DNA from: Thermococcus kodakarensis KOD1
GTDB lineage: Archaea > Methanobacteriota_B > Thermococci > Thermococcales > Thermococcaceae
Assembly: GCF_000009965.1 (NCBI RefSeq)
Contig: NC_006624.1
Span: forward strand, 1,170,001 to 1,202,000
DNA: 32,000 nucleotides
Reading direction: 5' to 3'
Within the stretch, counting starts at the first letter, position 1. Each line of letters starts with the position of its first letter. Shown one piece after another: positions 31,636 through 32,000 of the stretch. The translations under genes were made by a program, and so were the position numbers. The notes under the pieces are model-generated. The model searched no databases. It was not told where the DNA came from and worked only from the letters and a program-made list of their open reading frames with translations.

Positions 31636-32000
31636 ATCAAAGAGTGAATGTCCTTTTTAAACTGCTGAGTTTCAGTGATTCTCAATTGCCAATTGGCAAT
31701 TCTCAAGGGGTTTGCTCACAATATAACGCCCAAAGGGCGTTAAAAAAGAAGAAAACCAGTATTTCTTTGCTTGTTCATCAGGAGAATCTACTTCTCAACC
31801 AATTTCACAAAGACATTCAATCTTTTGGTGAAGCTTTTTCTAAAAGCTTCAGCGCTGGCGGAAAATTACGTGCCTCCCATACAAGGTTCAGATTCTAAAA
31901 GGGTTTTTTACCCGCTTGCTTCTTTAGTGAGTGTTTCACTGTCTAAGGCGCCTTCGGGCGCCAATAATAAAGTTGAAACTAATTGAAGAGGGATGATTTT

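Noticed and set aside
31959-31990. Possible degenerate CRISPR repeat at the window end (GCCAATAATAAAGTTGAAACTAATTGAAGAG versus the Thermococcales-type GTTCCAATAAGAC...GAATTGAAAG remembered from Pyrococcus)
   Set aside because: Only the CCAATAA and AATTGAA blocks match, the spacing is off by 2 nt, the middle differs, and no second repeat can be seen before the window ends. There is not enough to call a CRISPR array or leader. Extending the window would settle it.

Overview
This window looks like a Thermococcales (Thermococcus-like) chromosome, judged from GGTG-type ribosome-binding sites (RBS), gene content and an intein-bearing Hel308. No database search was possible, so every family name comes from motifs read in the translations.

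**1-12.7 kb: host genes.**
- sudA/sudB-type NADPH oxidoreductase with a SurR-like motif in its promoter
- TrmI, SRP19 and a stand-alone Lrp/AsnC RAM-domain protein
- Hel308/Hjm interrupted by a 403-aa LAGLIDADG intein
- a UPF0200 kinase / UPF0201 gene pair
- an XRE-headed six-gene membrane/ABC-2 transporter operon with a palindromic operator and one frameshifted paralog

**12,705-31,564: an 18.8-kb integrated virus/plasmid-like element in tRNA-Leu(CAA).** It is bounded by a perfect 42-bp direct repeat equal to the 5' half of the tRNA. Its SSV-type integrase gene is split into Int(C) at the left end and Int(N) at the right end, and the two parts rejoin in frame. The element carries:
- an MCM helicase, an FtsK/HerA-type packaging ATPase, a candidate capsid gene and many small membrane proteins; from memory this layout matches the Thermococcus TKV4/pTN3 family of PRD1-adenovirus-lineage proviruses
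- a low-GC island with a PIN-domain gene pair and beta-rich proteins
- an AbrB-centred divergent promoter region packed with TGTCA iterons
- a repeat array that continues from coding into non-coding DNA next to mcm
- a conserved hairpin/T-tract/TTTAAA junction module
- right-arm cassettes delimited by a roughly 30-nt repeat, one holding a DUF6516/TumE-like gene pair
- three sharply different codon-usage regimes

**31.6-32 kb: ORF-free, AT-rich host DNA with several palindromes.**

The element class is probably already described. The regulatory architecture and the accessory cassettes are the parts most worth follow-up.
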